Assembly: GCA_965153285.1 (NCBI GenBank)
Contig: OZ229110.1
Reading direction: 5' to 3' (one strand)
Length of the DNA stretch: 64,000 bases
DNA from: Podarcis tiliguerta
Lineage: Eukaryota
Shown here: piece after piece, positions 48,645-60,865 of the stretch
How positions within the stretch are numbered: the stretch's first letter is position 1
How the letters are laid out: every line of letters starts with the position of its first letter
The notes under the pieces: generated by a model
Seen by the model: only the letters and a program-made list of their open reading frames with translations
The model's database searches: none
Told to the model about the DNA's origin: nothing
Position numbers and translations under genes: made by a program

Positions 48645-50428
48645 CTTTAAAGACACAGTATATTTATGTTTCAGAGCTTTGATGGTAAAGGTACAGAAGG
48701 CCATAAAGAGCAATAGGAAATTTGACAGAAACAAACATTTAAGTTGCCAGACAAATGAACAAACATTTGGACAAGATGTGGCTAACGCATAGTTGCAGGT
48801 ATAGTCTTTATACATGCGTCTTCTTACTGGTGTAGTGCATATACACCATTTTGTTGTTAGGATCAGTGGAGTCTATATGTCTATCATATTGGAAAGCTGC
48901 CCATTTCTTCAGGTGCTATTACTTAGAAATACTCTAGACAGTAATCTACAGTAATTTTTCAAGATAATACATAGGGACTTGCATTGCAAGCTGCTATGTA
49001 TGGTAAATCAAAGGGGTGGAAGTCATTGAAAGTCTGGTTACATTAAGTGGGTATTATGCCAAGTCTCTGTTTAGGTTACTGACATTTTGAAGAAATTTCT
49101 ACATTCTATATGGGAAGATTTAAGCCTTCAGCTTTATGGGATGGGACAACTGTAGCAGTCATCCAAGCCAAAAATGAACAAACCAACCAATAATTTATGC
49201 AAGCTGTGAAATTTACTCTGTTGGAGGGTGTGGGGAGCCAAACAACCAAAATCCCACTGTTATCTGTGGTTTAGGCCAACAATGCTTCTTTTTTGCCTCA
49301 CCATGAATGAAGTTGAACACCCTCAGCAATTCTTACACGAATACTATCCTGCACCACTGCTTTATATCAGTGAACTTCTTTAGTGAATTAGCATTCACAC
49401 TGGTTTAGTTCTAGAACTAATAATTCTGCTAATGTAAGAAAAAGACAGATTGGGTTGTTTCCAAAGATGCGCCTCTACCGACGGGAGGTTTTTTATTTTT
49501 ATTTTATTTTTGAGAAAGTGGAGGCTTCTGTCATCAGAACAGGGAAGGAAACACCAGTTTACACCAAATTGTCTTCCCCTCTGCATCTTCCATGCCACCT
49601 TCCGCAGAGCACATTTGTGGAGCAGAGGCATGGCGGCTGCAAGAACAAGAGGGATTTGGCAAAAATCACTTTCCTCACCGTTTGGCTGATGGAAGCCTCT
49701 AATGGATCAGTAGAACACCTTTAGATACACTTCATTTTAATATAAAAGCGAAAACTGAGGTGATACCCACATGCCATAGCTGTCAACGTTTCCCTTTTTA
49801 AAAGGGGAATTCCCTTATTCCGAATAGGATTCCTTGCAAGAAAAGGGAAAAGTTGACAACTATGCCACATGCTTCCCAAAGGCATCTCATGAAACACGGT
49901 GAAAACAGGATGTTGGACTAGATGGGTCATTGGCCTGATCTAGTAGGTTCATTTTACATTCTCACCCTGCCCATTAATCTATACGGTGAATTGGTTAGGA
50001 TTCCTGTTTCCCTACCCTGGTTGAGTTCATACCTGTATATGAAACTTCCTCCTCTGTGTGAAGAGAAACAGACATTTCTTCCGAATACCCCCAGTGCTCT
50101 TCCACAACTATTATTAAAGACAGAGTATTGAACTTTAGCATATCTTATGGGAAACACTATTTGGGTCAGACAACGGGAATTTCGATAAGATTGATTAAGC
50201 AGTTACAAAACAAATGTAACTTTTATGGCAAACCTTCTAGGTTTAAATAAAATAAAATAAATAAATTGGGGGAGGGGAGTGCCCAAAGCAATATCCTCTC
50301 AAATGTATTTGGAGCAGAAAAAAAACAATTTGCTTAATAACTTAGGGTTGGATATAGGAATTAATAGGTAGGTTGTTAGCACATTAACCACTTGGACTTT
50401 GATTTAGTTTACTTCAAAGCTTGTATAC

Positions 50429-50512
50429 CTTTTTCTGGAGGGGCTGCTTTCCTTTTGGGGACAGCAATAGATATTTTTTCTTCTGAGACAACTGTCTTTG
50501 GAACTTCTGGCA
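50429..50512 (-). CDS. TTN: titin PEVK exon
   Basis: 84 nt, VPEVPKTVVSEEKISIAVPKRKAAPPEK. Confidence 0.89.
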
Positions 50513-51341
50513 CTTGAAAGATAGGAAATGTAAGAAAACCACATTGTGAATTTAAAACCCTCTCTCTGAAGTGTTGCTGTCGGTGGTCTTGTAAGAGGAT
50601 TGCAGACAAAGAAAACTTCATAGACATTTGATATCTCAAGATTCTCTAATGCAGGAGACCAACATGGCAACATAATATTAAGCAGACATACATCTAGCAA
50701 AAACTTGACAATACACTTAGATAATTAACCGGCCTGCTTTTGGTTTATGGGATTTGCTCTTTTTCAAGAACAGAAATAGTTATTTCTTATCCAAAGGCAT
50801 CATAATGTAAAATATTCACTGCAGATTTTTAAACAGAAATAATATTTATGAAAACATTTAATTTTCTTTCTTTCTTCTTTAAAAAAAAATAAAGGTCCAA
50901 AAGAGTGTACACTACAGAAAACGTTCAAGAAGGACATTAAGATTCAGGACAGCTTTTAACAGTGACAGAGAAATGCCTCACAAAACAAGAATGCAATAAG
51001 AAGTCTAAAGCACATGGCAGTTTTACCCACATAAAAATAATATCGCAAAAGACCTTACAAACTACACAGTTAACACAATGAACTGCTGCAGATCAGCAAA
51101 GGCCAGCTGCTCGAAGTTGTGCAGGCAAAGTGCCTACAGGAATTCATTAACACCAGCGTTTCAAGCGTCCCAGTTTAACCCTAATATTCTGCATTTGTTT
51201 TGACACAGAGCAGAACATTTCTGTGAAATTTAGTCAAGTTTACTTTTTCCTTCTCAGAAGCAGCTGGTTCACAACTCCAGCGGGCGCCTGTTTCTGATCT
51301 ATTCAAAAGCCCTTTTGCAGAGTCAGAGAAAACAGGTGTAC

Positions 51342-51425
51342 CTTTAGCTGGTGGAGCCACTGCTTTCTTGGGAACCGGAACGGGGACTTTCTCCTCCGGC
51401 ACAGCTTTCTTTGGTACAGCTGGCA
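51342..51425 (-). CDS. TTN: titin PEVK PPAK exon
   Basis: 84 nt, VPAVPKKAVPEEKVPVPVPKKAVAPPAK. Confidence 0.9.
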
Positions 51426-51862
51426 CTTGAAAGATATTATTAATTTTCAGGTGACTTAAATCACGTACATGTGACACATATAAACCAGGTAACAAAACGA
51501 TTCAAAGTACCGAGATCTTGACATTTTACATAAAACAAGAAAAGGAAACGCAGACTATTTAACATAATTAGATCACTAGGGCAAAGAAGGGATGCAAAGA
51601 AAGAAACAGGCACGCTAAAAACAACTTTTTTGGTTTGAACAATAAATTCTTTCTCCCCCTGCTATATTTCTCTCCTATGCTATATCACAAATAGCCTTTG
51701 AAAGCTCATTCGGTTTCAAAAGTGGTTTGCTGTGCATCATGGAGGGAGATATTTGATGACTGAGTCCCCTGGGTTTCTCGCATTTGCTGTGCAGTTCTTT
51801 AGTTCCCAAGAAATCTTAAGATACATATATATAAATTCCACAGAATTTAAAACTTTATATAC

Positions 51863-51943
51863 CTCTTTTTGGTGGAGCCTCCTCCTTCTTAGTGACTGTT
51901 ACTTTTTCTTCAGTGACAACCTTTTTCTTGTGTACTTCGGTCA
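51863..51943 (-). CDS. TTN: titin PEVK exon
   Basis: 81 nt, VTEVHKKKVVTEEKVTVTKKEEAPPKR. Confidence 0.88.
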
Positions 51944-52272
51944 CTTAAAGACAACAAACAAAGGTAAGAATGTTGCATGTGGCTCCATCTCAGAATGACA
52001 GGAATATATTTTGAATATAATTCAGTTCCATTTAAAAATACTGATTTATTATTTACCATATATAAAACATGAATGAGACAGTAAAAGAGACCGAGGAACT
52101 GACAGCATTACTGGCAGAAGATTGAAAGAGGGGCCAATACATGGTGACAGTCCCTCAAGATATTAAAGTGCATGAAACGCATATAATTCTTATGTGAAAT
52201 TGACCAACAAAATATATACATGACGCTCTCTAGACAAAACACATTACTGACATGATTTTGTGTGTGTGTTAC

Positions 52273-52338
52273 CTTTGGGTGCTGGAGGTTCTTTTGCTTT
52301 AGGTGGTGCCAGTTCCTCAGGAGGAGCTTTCTTGGCCA
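52273..52338 (-). CDS. TTN: titin PEVK exon
   Basis: 66 nt, VAKKAPPEELAPPKAKEPPAPK. Confidence 0.86.
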
Positions 52339-52560
52339 CTTAAAAATATTACAAAATTTTATAACGTTGGAGTGATTTGAACATCAATAGGAAAACACAT
52401 TAAGAAGTTACAACACATACATTTCACTGAGTAAATCCACAGCCAGATTGCTTAGAGACAAGCAATTGCTCACACTTAATGCAAAAGAGATTAACATCAA
52501 CTCAAATGGTTTAGATGACAGACGACCAAAAAGAAAAAAGAAAAAAGAAAGCATTTTGCC

Positions 52561-52695
52561 TAGGGTTGCCATATTTCAAAAAGTAAAAACCAGGGCACCC
52601 CGAAAGTTGTTGAGTTTTTTTAGACAAACCCCAAAGTTGTTGAGCCTTTGAAATCCCAGTAATGTCCGAGAAAATCCAGACGTATGGCAACCCTA
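52561..52695. mobile_element. hAT MITE (TAGGGTTGCCA termini)
   Basis: TIR tagggttgccata / tatggcaacccta; perfect 8-bp TSD attttgcc. Confidence 0.92.
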
Positions 52696-52732
52696 ATTTT
52701 GCCTAAGTGAAAAAAGCAGTCTATATATATAC

Positions 52733-52816
52733 CTCTAGCTGGGGGGGCTTCTACTTTCTTGGGAACAGCAACTGGTACTTTCTTTTCTGGTTCAGGTTTC
52801 TTCCGAACCTCAGGCA
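52733..52816 (-). CDS. TTN: titin PEVK exon
   Basis: 84 nt, VPEVRKKPEPEKKVPVAVPKKVEAPPAR. Confidence 0.89.
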
Positions 52817-53249
52817 CTTCAGGAAGAATATTTAAGTATCAGTTATGTTCGCTGTGCATGTTATTCAAACAGTATAGAAAAATAAGGAGCTGAATCCATA
52901 TTTCAATGCAAAATTCAGTCGAAATGTTCAGAGGCTAATTCTGTTTTATATACACACAGAAACACACACTAAGACATACTCATCTCTGCACAGCCGAATA
53001 AAAAGATACCCAAGGTGTTATATGAAAGCAAAATGGCCCATTGCTGGCAATTAGGGTGTTTAAAATTGAGAAAGGCACAGGAATTTGCAAACAGGTCCTT
53101 GCTAGTCAAAAAAGATAGTTCATAATATTTTGAGCACTACAATGACAAAAAACAAGCACAAATACAATAGTAACAAGCATGGGACAGACAGCTGTCAAAC
53201 ATCTATATTGAAGAGTTGATACTTTAATACCAAAGAGTTGCTGGTATAC

Positions 53250-53303
53250 CTTTAACTGGTGGGACTTCTTCATGCACTATCTCCTCAGCGTAGTAGGCCT
53301 CTT
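53250..53303 (-). CDS. TTN: titin PEVK E-rich exon
   Basis: 54 nt, taacag|EEAYYAEEIVHEEVPPVK|gtatac. Confidence 0.82.
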
Positions 53304-53948
53304 CTGTTAATGTAAAGATATTAAGAAGGTATAGTTGAATAGTTGACATGCACATGTTGATACAATTAACAAAACAAGAAAGTGACAGCTCTTACAAACA
53401 CACATATATTTACTTTCATCTCATGTTACTCCTAGTACATGTGCAGGTAGGTTTACTCCAGGGACAGACCTCCTGATATTGCTGGACTTCAACTCCCATA
53501 ATTCCTGACCATTGGCCATGCTAGCTGGGGTCGTTGGGAGTCCAGCAAGCTCTGGAGGGCCACAGGTTCTCCATCCCTGCTTTCCTCTCAACAGAGGCCA
53601 TACTCTCTCTTCTGACCATTTCATGGAAAAAAGTGAGTAGATTACTTCCCAGTTCCCATTGAAGTCAATGTAAACATCCACAGTGACTTCAGCAAGAGAT
53701 GACATATCTCAACTTCCTTGAAAAGGTCACATCCATGAAAGGGCCTATCTCAATGGTTCTTGTAATAAATAGGGGGAGCCTTATGAAATGGGGTATTAGA
53801 TCACATCCTTTAATTCCATAGCTCTTGGAGCAATGGCTTTAGGTAAGTTAGATTTCATGTACTTTTGTTTTGTTGAGCTCTACGTGGCTGATATGAAGGT
53901 GACTAATATTTGGAATTATTTTATAATGATAAGCAAGTAATAGATCAT

Positions 53949-53949
53949 A

Positions 53950-53992
<43 letters not shown>

Positions 53993-53993
53993 A
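53949..53993. repeat. (TAAA)n microsatellite
   Basis: ataaataaat... about 11 units. Confidence 0.95.
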
Positions 53994-54451
53994 TACTATC
54001 TCTTTCAAATATGCAGTTCTTTTTCTGTCTGTTTCTGGTGGTTCCAGCTTTCTTGGGAGAGTAATGAGGCTCTGAAAGTTGAGCCACCCTAAATAATATG
54101 TGTTATCTGTGTAGGAATGTAGGAATCTTTTATTCTTATACAAATTGGCTTGCAGTGCTCTGCCTATATTTGTAAATTTGAGAAACGAACACTTGGGTCC
54201 GTTTCTGTATTTTCATGTGAAAATAAGAATGATGGAGGGAAATAAGAAAAGAAAAAGTGTATGCACTCTTAAATTTACTCTTTTAAACCTTTGTTTGGGT
54301 TCCGAACAAAGTAAATCATATCATAAGCAGCAAATGACTGGCTTAATTTCAAAAGGTCATTAAATAATTACATTCAATTCAGCCCAACGGATATAATGGC
54401 AGATATTATACTATACCAACATTTGCTGCTGGCTGTTGAATTGAGGCATAC

Positions 54452-54607
54452 CTGTTACTTCAGAAATCTCTTCCTCTCTCTCATAAGAGATCTCCTCTCT
54501 CTCATAAGAAATTTCCTCCTCCCTTTCATAAGAAATCTCCTCCTCTCTTTCATAAATTTCTTCTTCTTCCACTTCTTCCTCCTCCACCTCTTCAGGCCAT
54601 TCTTCCA
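54452..54607 (-). CDS. TTN: titin PEVK polyE exon (YEREEEIS repeats)
   Basis: 156 nt, taacag|VEEWPEEVEEEE...ISEVT|gtatgc. Confidence 0.87.
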
Positions 54608-55227
54608 CTGTTAATATTTTAAAGATGGGTTATTTTTAATTTTGCTGTGGGGTTAGATGTCCTATAACCACCCTTGCCAGGTCAGTGTAATTACTACAAA
54701 CAGGCATATACAAAGGACATGAACTGATTTGCATACATAGAAACACACATTCATATCAACTGCAATCTAGGGATCTCAGATCTTTTCCCATTACAACAGG
54801 TACATAAGAGAATTAATAGCAAAGTTATCTACATCAAAGTTAGCTACTGCAAGGGTCTAGATGACTTGCCAAGGTCTCTTGATCTATGGAATCCTGCACT
54901 GTGGTATGTGATGACTCCATCAGGGGACAGATTCTTACAAGAAAAATCAGGTGGAGTTTTATGTAGGAAAACCCATGTTGCACTACAGGTGTCCTATGTA
55001 TACACTGTCCCTAAATCATGACTTCTTTCCACAGAGTATGGAAAGTTGAAAGGATAATGGGTTAGATCCAAAGGTGATCTTCATTTAGAAGAAAATCTTT
55101 TCCAAGCATAGTTGGACTGCTTCTGACTTAATGGAAGAACGTTGAATGACAAAATATACCCCAGATCCATAGGAGCTCCTCCACTTTCACAAGGGCTTCT
55201 GTAAGACTTTGTGCAAGATTTACTTCT

Positions 55228-55415
55228 GCCACCATGATATAGGTGTGTCTGACTAGAATGTGGGGCTCAGCCATGAATCTCACTGGGTGACTGGACCAAT
55301 TACTATCTCTCAGCTTAACTCATCTCACTAGGTTGTTGCAAAAGCAAAATGAAAGGGGGGGGGGCATGTATATCACCCTGAGATGCTTTGGAGAAGGGTG
55401 GGATAAAATGTAATG
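55228..55415 (+). mobile_element. degenerate squamate SINE (Squam3-like)
   Basis: cactgggtgact...ctctcagcttaactcatctcac...ggttgttg core and gggtgggataaaat tail; family assignment from memory. Confidence 0.45.
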
Positions 55416-55648
55416 GGTAAATAATAAATGCTATTGACATTCTGGGTAACCAAGGAATTGGATCTGAGAAAAGACATTTCCTCTGAGGATCTTGGCTGGG
55501 TGTCAGATGTTATACAAATGTCCAGAGACACACAAACACAAAACTGTAATGGCAGATGTTAACAGGGAAGAGCAGTGAAGAGCAGCGACAACAAAAAGCG
55601 CCTGAAAACAGTTAAATTCCTCACAGTTCTAATTATTTGCACATATAC

Positions 55649-55753
55649 CTTCAGGTGGTGGAGCTTCCACTCTTTTAGAAATGGCAACAGATACTTTTTC
55701 TTCTGAAACAAATCTTTTCTCTTCTAGAACAGCTCTCTTAGACACCTCAGGCA
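55649..55753 (-). CDS. TTN: titin PEVK exon
   Basis: 105 nt, VPEVSKRAVLEEKRFVSEEKVSVAISKRVEAPPPE; resembles recalled human EVSKKTVVEEKRFVAEEK. Confidence 0.9.
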
Positions 55754-55956
55754 CTTTAAAAGACATTAAACGCATTGAGTTTTAATGGGGATATACAGAT
55801 TCCTGACTGACATCTGAGGAGGTTTGCCTGAACACTTGTGCAACTAACAACCACAAAATGGACAAGTAAACTACATACTGTTCTTTACTAGGCAACATAC
55901 AAAGTAAAGCTAATACAGAACTGCAAAACAAACATAAGCAAATCGTCCCCTCTTGA

Positions 55957-56575
55957 CAGGGATGGGGAAGCTTTTTCAGCTTGAGGGCTGCCTTCTCTTT
56001 CGGGCAGCCTTCCGGGGTACACATATCAGTGGTGCATAGGGCCAGAGGCAAATGTGCAGAGAGGAACTAATGTGAATTTGACAGTAGGTCAGTTTGTACA
56101 CACACTCACCAACCCCGCTTTATTATCCATACATCTAAGCATCCATCCCAGCCAGGACAAAAATACCTCATGTGGCCAGCATGACTAAACCACTTCTAGC
56201 ACAACGGAACACTGTGACAGAAATCAGAGCGCATGGAAATGCCGTTTACCTTCCCACCGCAGAGGTACCTATTTATCTACTTGCACTGGTGTGCTTTCGA
56301 ACTGCTAGGTTGGCAGGAGCTGGAACAGAGCAATGGGAGCTCACCCCATCGCGTGTGGGGATTTGAACTGCCAACCTTCTGACTGGCAAGCCCAAGAGGC
56401 TCAGTGGCTTAGACCACAGCGCCACCCGCGTCCTTTTACTCAAGGAGGATACAAAGCATGGCCGATGAGGTATGTGACCTTGGGAGTGTATGTGGCTTGA
56501 GGAGTGTTTTGAAGACCAGATAGAGAAGCCCACAGGGCTGTATTTCGCCCCCAGATCTAAGGTTCCCCATTCCTG
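55957..56575. mobile_element. hAT non-autonomous element containing a Sauria SINE fragment
   Basis: TIR cagggatggggaagctt / aaggttccccattcctg. Confidence 0.6.
56171..56433 (-). mobile_element. Sauria SINE, 3' end missing
   Basis: Homologous to ~14785-15029, including the tRNA-like head. Confidence 0.88.
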
Positions 56576-56701
56576 CCCTATGAAAAGATGTTGAACAGCA
56601 AGCAATGTGACATGGCACAAAACATAAAATGATGGTCAGCATACGAAAGAAAGGTAAAAGCTCTTTTAGATAATAAGACCATTGACCACTTAAATGCATA
56701 C

Positions 56702-56785
56702 CTCTGGCTGGGGGAGCTTCCACCTTTTTGGGAACTGCAACAGGTAATTTTTCTTCAGGGACGACTTTCTTAGGTACCTCAGGCA
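56702..56785 (-). CDS. TTN: titin PEVK exon
   Basis: 84 nt, VPEVPKKVVPEEKLPVAVPKKVEAPPAR. Confidence 0.9.
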
Positions 56786-57422
56786 CTTTAAAGAGACCAT
56801 TTAGTTTTAGAATTTTTTTGAAGTGGCAAGAATGATGTTAAAAGTACAGATTTCGGCTACAAAGAAGAGGCAGCAACTAAAAAGATATAGAGGACATTTA
56901 AATAATGGTGCCGATGTAAAAGACCAATGGTATTTTAGTTTTTGTTTTTTTTAATTAAATTTTAATTTTATTTAACATAATCGTTACAAAATATAAGCAA
57001 AACACTGCAAATACATACACATATACACTTCAAATAAGCATATATACATGAAAAAAGGAACAAAAGTGAAAAAAGAAGAAAAGAAGAAAAAATAAAGAGA
57101 AAAGAAGAACGAAAGTTGGAAGAATTTCTTCCAAATTTCTTCTACAAATATCTCAATATGAAAATAATAATAAAATTTCATTAATTGACTTCCATCGCTT
57201 ACACTGCACTTCCTATATACATTTTAAGCAAGATTGTATCTGTTATTCCGTATTTTTCCCATACAATCTCACACAAATATTCTTATCAATAAGTTTTCTA
57301 AACCTTTCATAAATCTATTCTAAACACAACCAACACCTTACATTTAATCCTTGTATGCATTTGACTGCAGTGGTCTTTTTGTTATGTTCTGATTTGTTTG
57401 TTTGTTTTGAAGGAAAGCATAC

Positions 57423-57494
57423 CTTTAGCTGGAGGAGCTTCTTCCCTTTTGCGTAGTCGCGGCACTTTTTCTTCAGGAACCGCTTTCTCAGGTA
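57423..57494 (-). CDS. TTN: titin PEVK PPAK exon
   Basis: 72 nt, VPEKAVPEEKVPRLRKREEAPPAK. Confidence 0.85.
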
Positions 57495-57711
57495 CTTTTA
57501 ATAATTTTAAAATGAGAATATGTAAGAATATGTAGAGACAAAGAGACCATGATGGCTATTATCAACAACTATACACAAACATATGTTGCATAGGACTCAA
57601 ATATGAAATGAACATACATATGATTAAGAGGAAGATGCAAAGAGAGAAACAAAAGAGTCTTAAGATTTAGTTTTATATATTTTACAAATATATAAGATTT
57701 GAGTCTTGTAC

Positions 57712-57783
57712 CTTTGGGTGGGGAAGGCACTTTCTTCTTTGGAATAGGAACCTTTTCTTCTACTTTCTTAGGTACCTCTGGCA
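57712..57783 (-). CDS. TTN: titin PEVK exon
   Basis: 72 nt, VPEVPKKVEEKVPIPKKKVPSPPK. Confidence 0.89.
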
Positions 57784-58127
57784 CTTTGAAAAAAACATCA
57801 GAGTTATGAATATTGGGATCGAATATTGCTAACTATTATAAAGTGAGGAGCAGGGTCCTATATCAAGTTGTGAGATCACTTACAAGTGAACTGGGCACTT
57901 TACTGAATTTAGATGTGTTACGATAACATTGCACACTGTCCGTTTAGTGTTCTAGTGTTTAACTGAAGAACATTTGTTAATGAAGATGCCGTTTAGCAAC
58001 GAACAAGTATAGGAAGACGACGATTACGACATGAAAACAATCACTGCTGAGGGACCGCAGATCTTTTCACGACACGTCATTTGAAGCAATGAATGAAAAG
58101 AGCTGCTTATGAGCGATGGTCTCATAC

Positions 58128-58208
58128 CTTTAGCAGGTGGCTCCACTTTTTTAGGAACGGGAACAGGTGCTTTTTCTTCTGGGACTGGCTTTTTAGGTAC
58201 TTCGGGCA
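58128..58208 (-). CDS. TTN: titin PEVK PPAK exon
   Basis: 81 nt, VPEVPKKPVPEEKAPVPVPKKVEPPAK. Confidence 0.9.
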
Positions 58209-58517
58209 CTTTAAAGATATCAAAAGCAGATTCTGAGAATCACCCGGACACATAACAACTGATCAATGACATCTCACATTTTGTGATTACATTTCACAAG
58301 AAGGAAGAGATGGTATTTCTCTAACCCAGAAGAACCTCCATTTTAGATTCCCTATGGGCAGCAGCCCAAACACCCACATATTCAACACATTAGCTTTGGT
58401 AACCAAACACAGAAAGGCGCTGGATTTGTAAAACTCATTCCGAACAGTGGTTGCATATGGGGGACAAAGCACAGGGGACAAAAGTTCTTTGGGTGGCTTT
58501 CGTTTCAAGAAAAGTAC

Positions 58518-58601
58518 CTTTAGCTGGGGGTGCCGGCTCTTTCTTGGGAACAGCAGCAGGCTTTCTTTCTTCTGGCGTAGGTTTCTTAGGCACCTCTGGC
58601 A
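58518..58601 (-). CDS. TTN: titin PEVK PPAK exon
   Basis: 84 nt, VPEVPKKPTPEERKPAAVPKKEPAPPAK. Confidence 0.89.
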
Positions 58602-58740
58602 CTTGATCATTAAAAAAAGAGAGGTTTTAGAACTTGGAACTTCTATTTGAGGCCCGACATCCAAGATTGCACAGAAATATATGGAGAGAAGCAGAAGCAA
58701 GATAAATGGCATATCAAGGCATCAAGCAAAAGCTGTTAAT

Positions 58741-58905
58741 AAAGAGGTAAATGTACCCCTGACCGTTAGGTCCAGTCGTGGACGACTCTGGGGTTACACG
58801 CTCATCTTACTCTATAGGCCGAGGGAGCCGGCATTTGTCCGCAGACAGCTTCTGGGTCATGTGGTCAGCATGACTAAGCGCTTCTGGCAAACCAGAGCAG
58901 CGCAC
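58741..58905 (-). mobile_element. Sauria SINE 3' fragment
   Basis: ggtaaatgtacccctgaccgttaggtccagtcg...ccagagcagcgcac homologous to 14670-14830. Confidence 0.85.
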
Positions 58906-59484
58906 ATCACATTTTGATCTGCATAATTGTGTGTCTGTATGAGTGCCTTCTATATGCGGCATGCAAATCTAACAGTTATCATGCCATGCAGAAGGTATTA
59001 TGTTAACAAAGCAAAATTTGGCAAATGCGCTGGGGCTGGAAAACACTGCTGGCTTTTATGCCTCGCCGGTTGCAAGGGCATGCATGCAGCCAATGGCCTC
59101 TCAGCCGGGAGAGGCCACTGACTGGCCAATTTGAGATGCAGCAGCCAGCGGGAACACAAGCCAGATGCCCAGACAGATAGGGGGGATTTCCCCAATGGCT
59201 GCCTGGCCATGTGCGCTCTGTTCTCACTGCCCAGGGATGGTGGCTGAGCATGAGGGATCACAACAGGCACCCACCCAGAAAGGAGTAAACATCCATTACA
59301 TTACAAAGTGAAATTTAGCAAATGAATATTTGGCCATCCCTAAAGTACATGTATATTATACACACATTGCTTGCAGAAAAACACCAGAAAGCCACCTAAG
59401 TAACATATGGATGGACACATTTTAAGGCATGGATAAGAGTTCAGATAAGCAAGATGGCGGGATCAGCTCTGACAATGGATGTAC

Positions 59485-59565
59485 CTTTAGCTGGCGGAGC
59501 CTCTACTTTCGGAGGAGGAGCAGGTTTTTTCTTTTCTGGGACTGGTTTCTTTGGCACCTCAGGCA
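59485..59565 (-). CDS. TTN: titin PEVK PPAK exon
   Basis: 81 nt, VPEVPKKPVPEKKKPAPPPKVEAPPAK. Confidence 0.9.
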
Positions 59566-59874
59566 CTTTAAAGACACACAGGTATAAAAGGTTTAAGGAA
59601 GTGCTACAGGCCTACATTTGTTCATAGCAGTGAAGAAAATGTTTGAAATGCCAGCGTGGATTTAAAACCATGTATCTATTTAACAAAGACAGTTATGGCT
59701 ATTGAAGATTAAACCCGCGTATAACGTTTAATATGTAGGATCTTAGTTGTAAAGGTGTCTTTCTGATGAAGTAGCCCAGCCACATTTTTGGCTGTGTGTT
59801 TATCAATCCTCTGGAAGATACGCAGGCTAGAGACCTGTCTGAGATATTGTTATTATTGCACATATATTATTCAC

Positions 59875-59940
59875 CTTTAGCCGGCGGGGCCTCCACTTTC
59901 TTGGGAACTTTTTCTTCTGCTCTCTTCCTCACCTCAGGAA
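59875..59940 (-). CDS. TTN: titin PEVK PPAK exon
   Basis: 66 nt, VPEVRKRAEEKVPKKVEAPPAK. Confidence 0.88.
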
Positions 59941-60123
59941 CTTTAAAGATATTAATTTTGGGTTAATCAGATGATAGTGGTCATCAGAGCCACCCTCAAA
60001 TTATATTTTTAAAACCTTACAGGCTTTTGTGACACATGTAAACATACATAAACACCCAAATCTGATCAACAAGGATATAAAATAACTGCAGATATCAAGT
60101 TCTTAATGGATAAGAGTTTAAAC

Positions 60124-60260
60124 CAGGGTTTCCCAAAACTTGGGTCTCCAGCTGTTTTTGGACTACAACTCCCATAATCCCTAGCTAACAGGACCAGCGG
60201 TCATGGTTGATGGGAATTGTACTCCAAAAACAGCTGGGGACCTAAGTTTGGGAAACCCTG
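60124..60260. mobile_element. hAT (Charlie-like) MITE
   Basis: TIR cagggtttcccaaa / tttgggaaaccctg; TSD gtttaaac/gtttaaat. Confidence 0.9.
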
Positions 60261-60325
60261 GTTTAAATAAACTCACATACTAAAATTGTAGTAGTAATAA
60301 TAATATTAATAATAATATAATCTAC

Positions 60326-60388
60326 CTTTGGGAGGTGGAACTTCAGGTGCTTCCACATAGAACCTTTCCTCATCGTACTCATCTGGTT
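60326..60388 (-). CDS. TTN: titin PEVK E-rich exon
   Basis: 63 nt, EPDEYDEERFYVEAPEVPPPK. Confidence 0.86.
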
Positions 60389-60814
60389 CTTTAAAGAGAA
60401 TTATGAGATTAAAAAGTTACATTTACCCTCCATTTTAGATAATACTGAAATGCTACATGTAGACCTATTAAGATGATGGATGAATTTGTGGAAGAAAAAA
60501 TTGCTCCTGCTATCCACACCTCTAAGTGTCCATCTGATCTTTCATATGGAGTCTAGGTGTGTACAAATTGTATGTGCTTAGGCTCTTTCCACACAGTGTT
60601 TGCAAATCTGGGAGCAACAATTCCAGGCATGATCTTAAGTCCCACCACCCACATATGTATCTGTCATCTGAATAGTGATAAAGACATGCCCAAACCCAGG
60701 GAAGTATCAAAGATAGTATACAATGACAGCTACACATTTCAACAGTTAACAGTTTAGATGAACTCACATGGTACAAAACAAGATAAAACTGATTTGGAAA
60801 AAGAGCAAATCTAC

Positions 60815-60865
60815 CTTCAGCTGGATATTCCACATAGAAGCTGTCCTCTTCATACTCTTCTGGTT
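60815..60865 (-). CDS. TTN: titin PEVK E-rich exon
   Basis: 51 nt, EPEEYEEDSFYVEYPAE. Confidence 0.84.

Noticed and set aside
54015-54072. Possible exon remnant (ITLPRKLEPPETD) after a ttcag acceptor
   Set aside because: The PEVK-like frame is not phase 1 and no donor is evident; too weak to call
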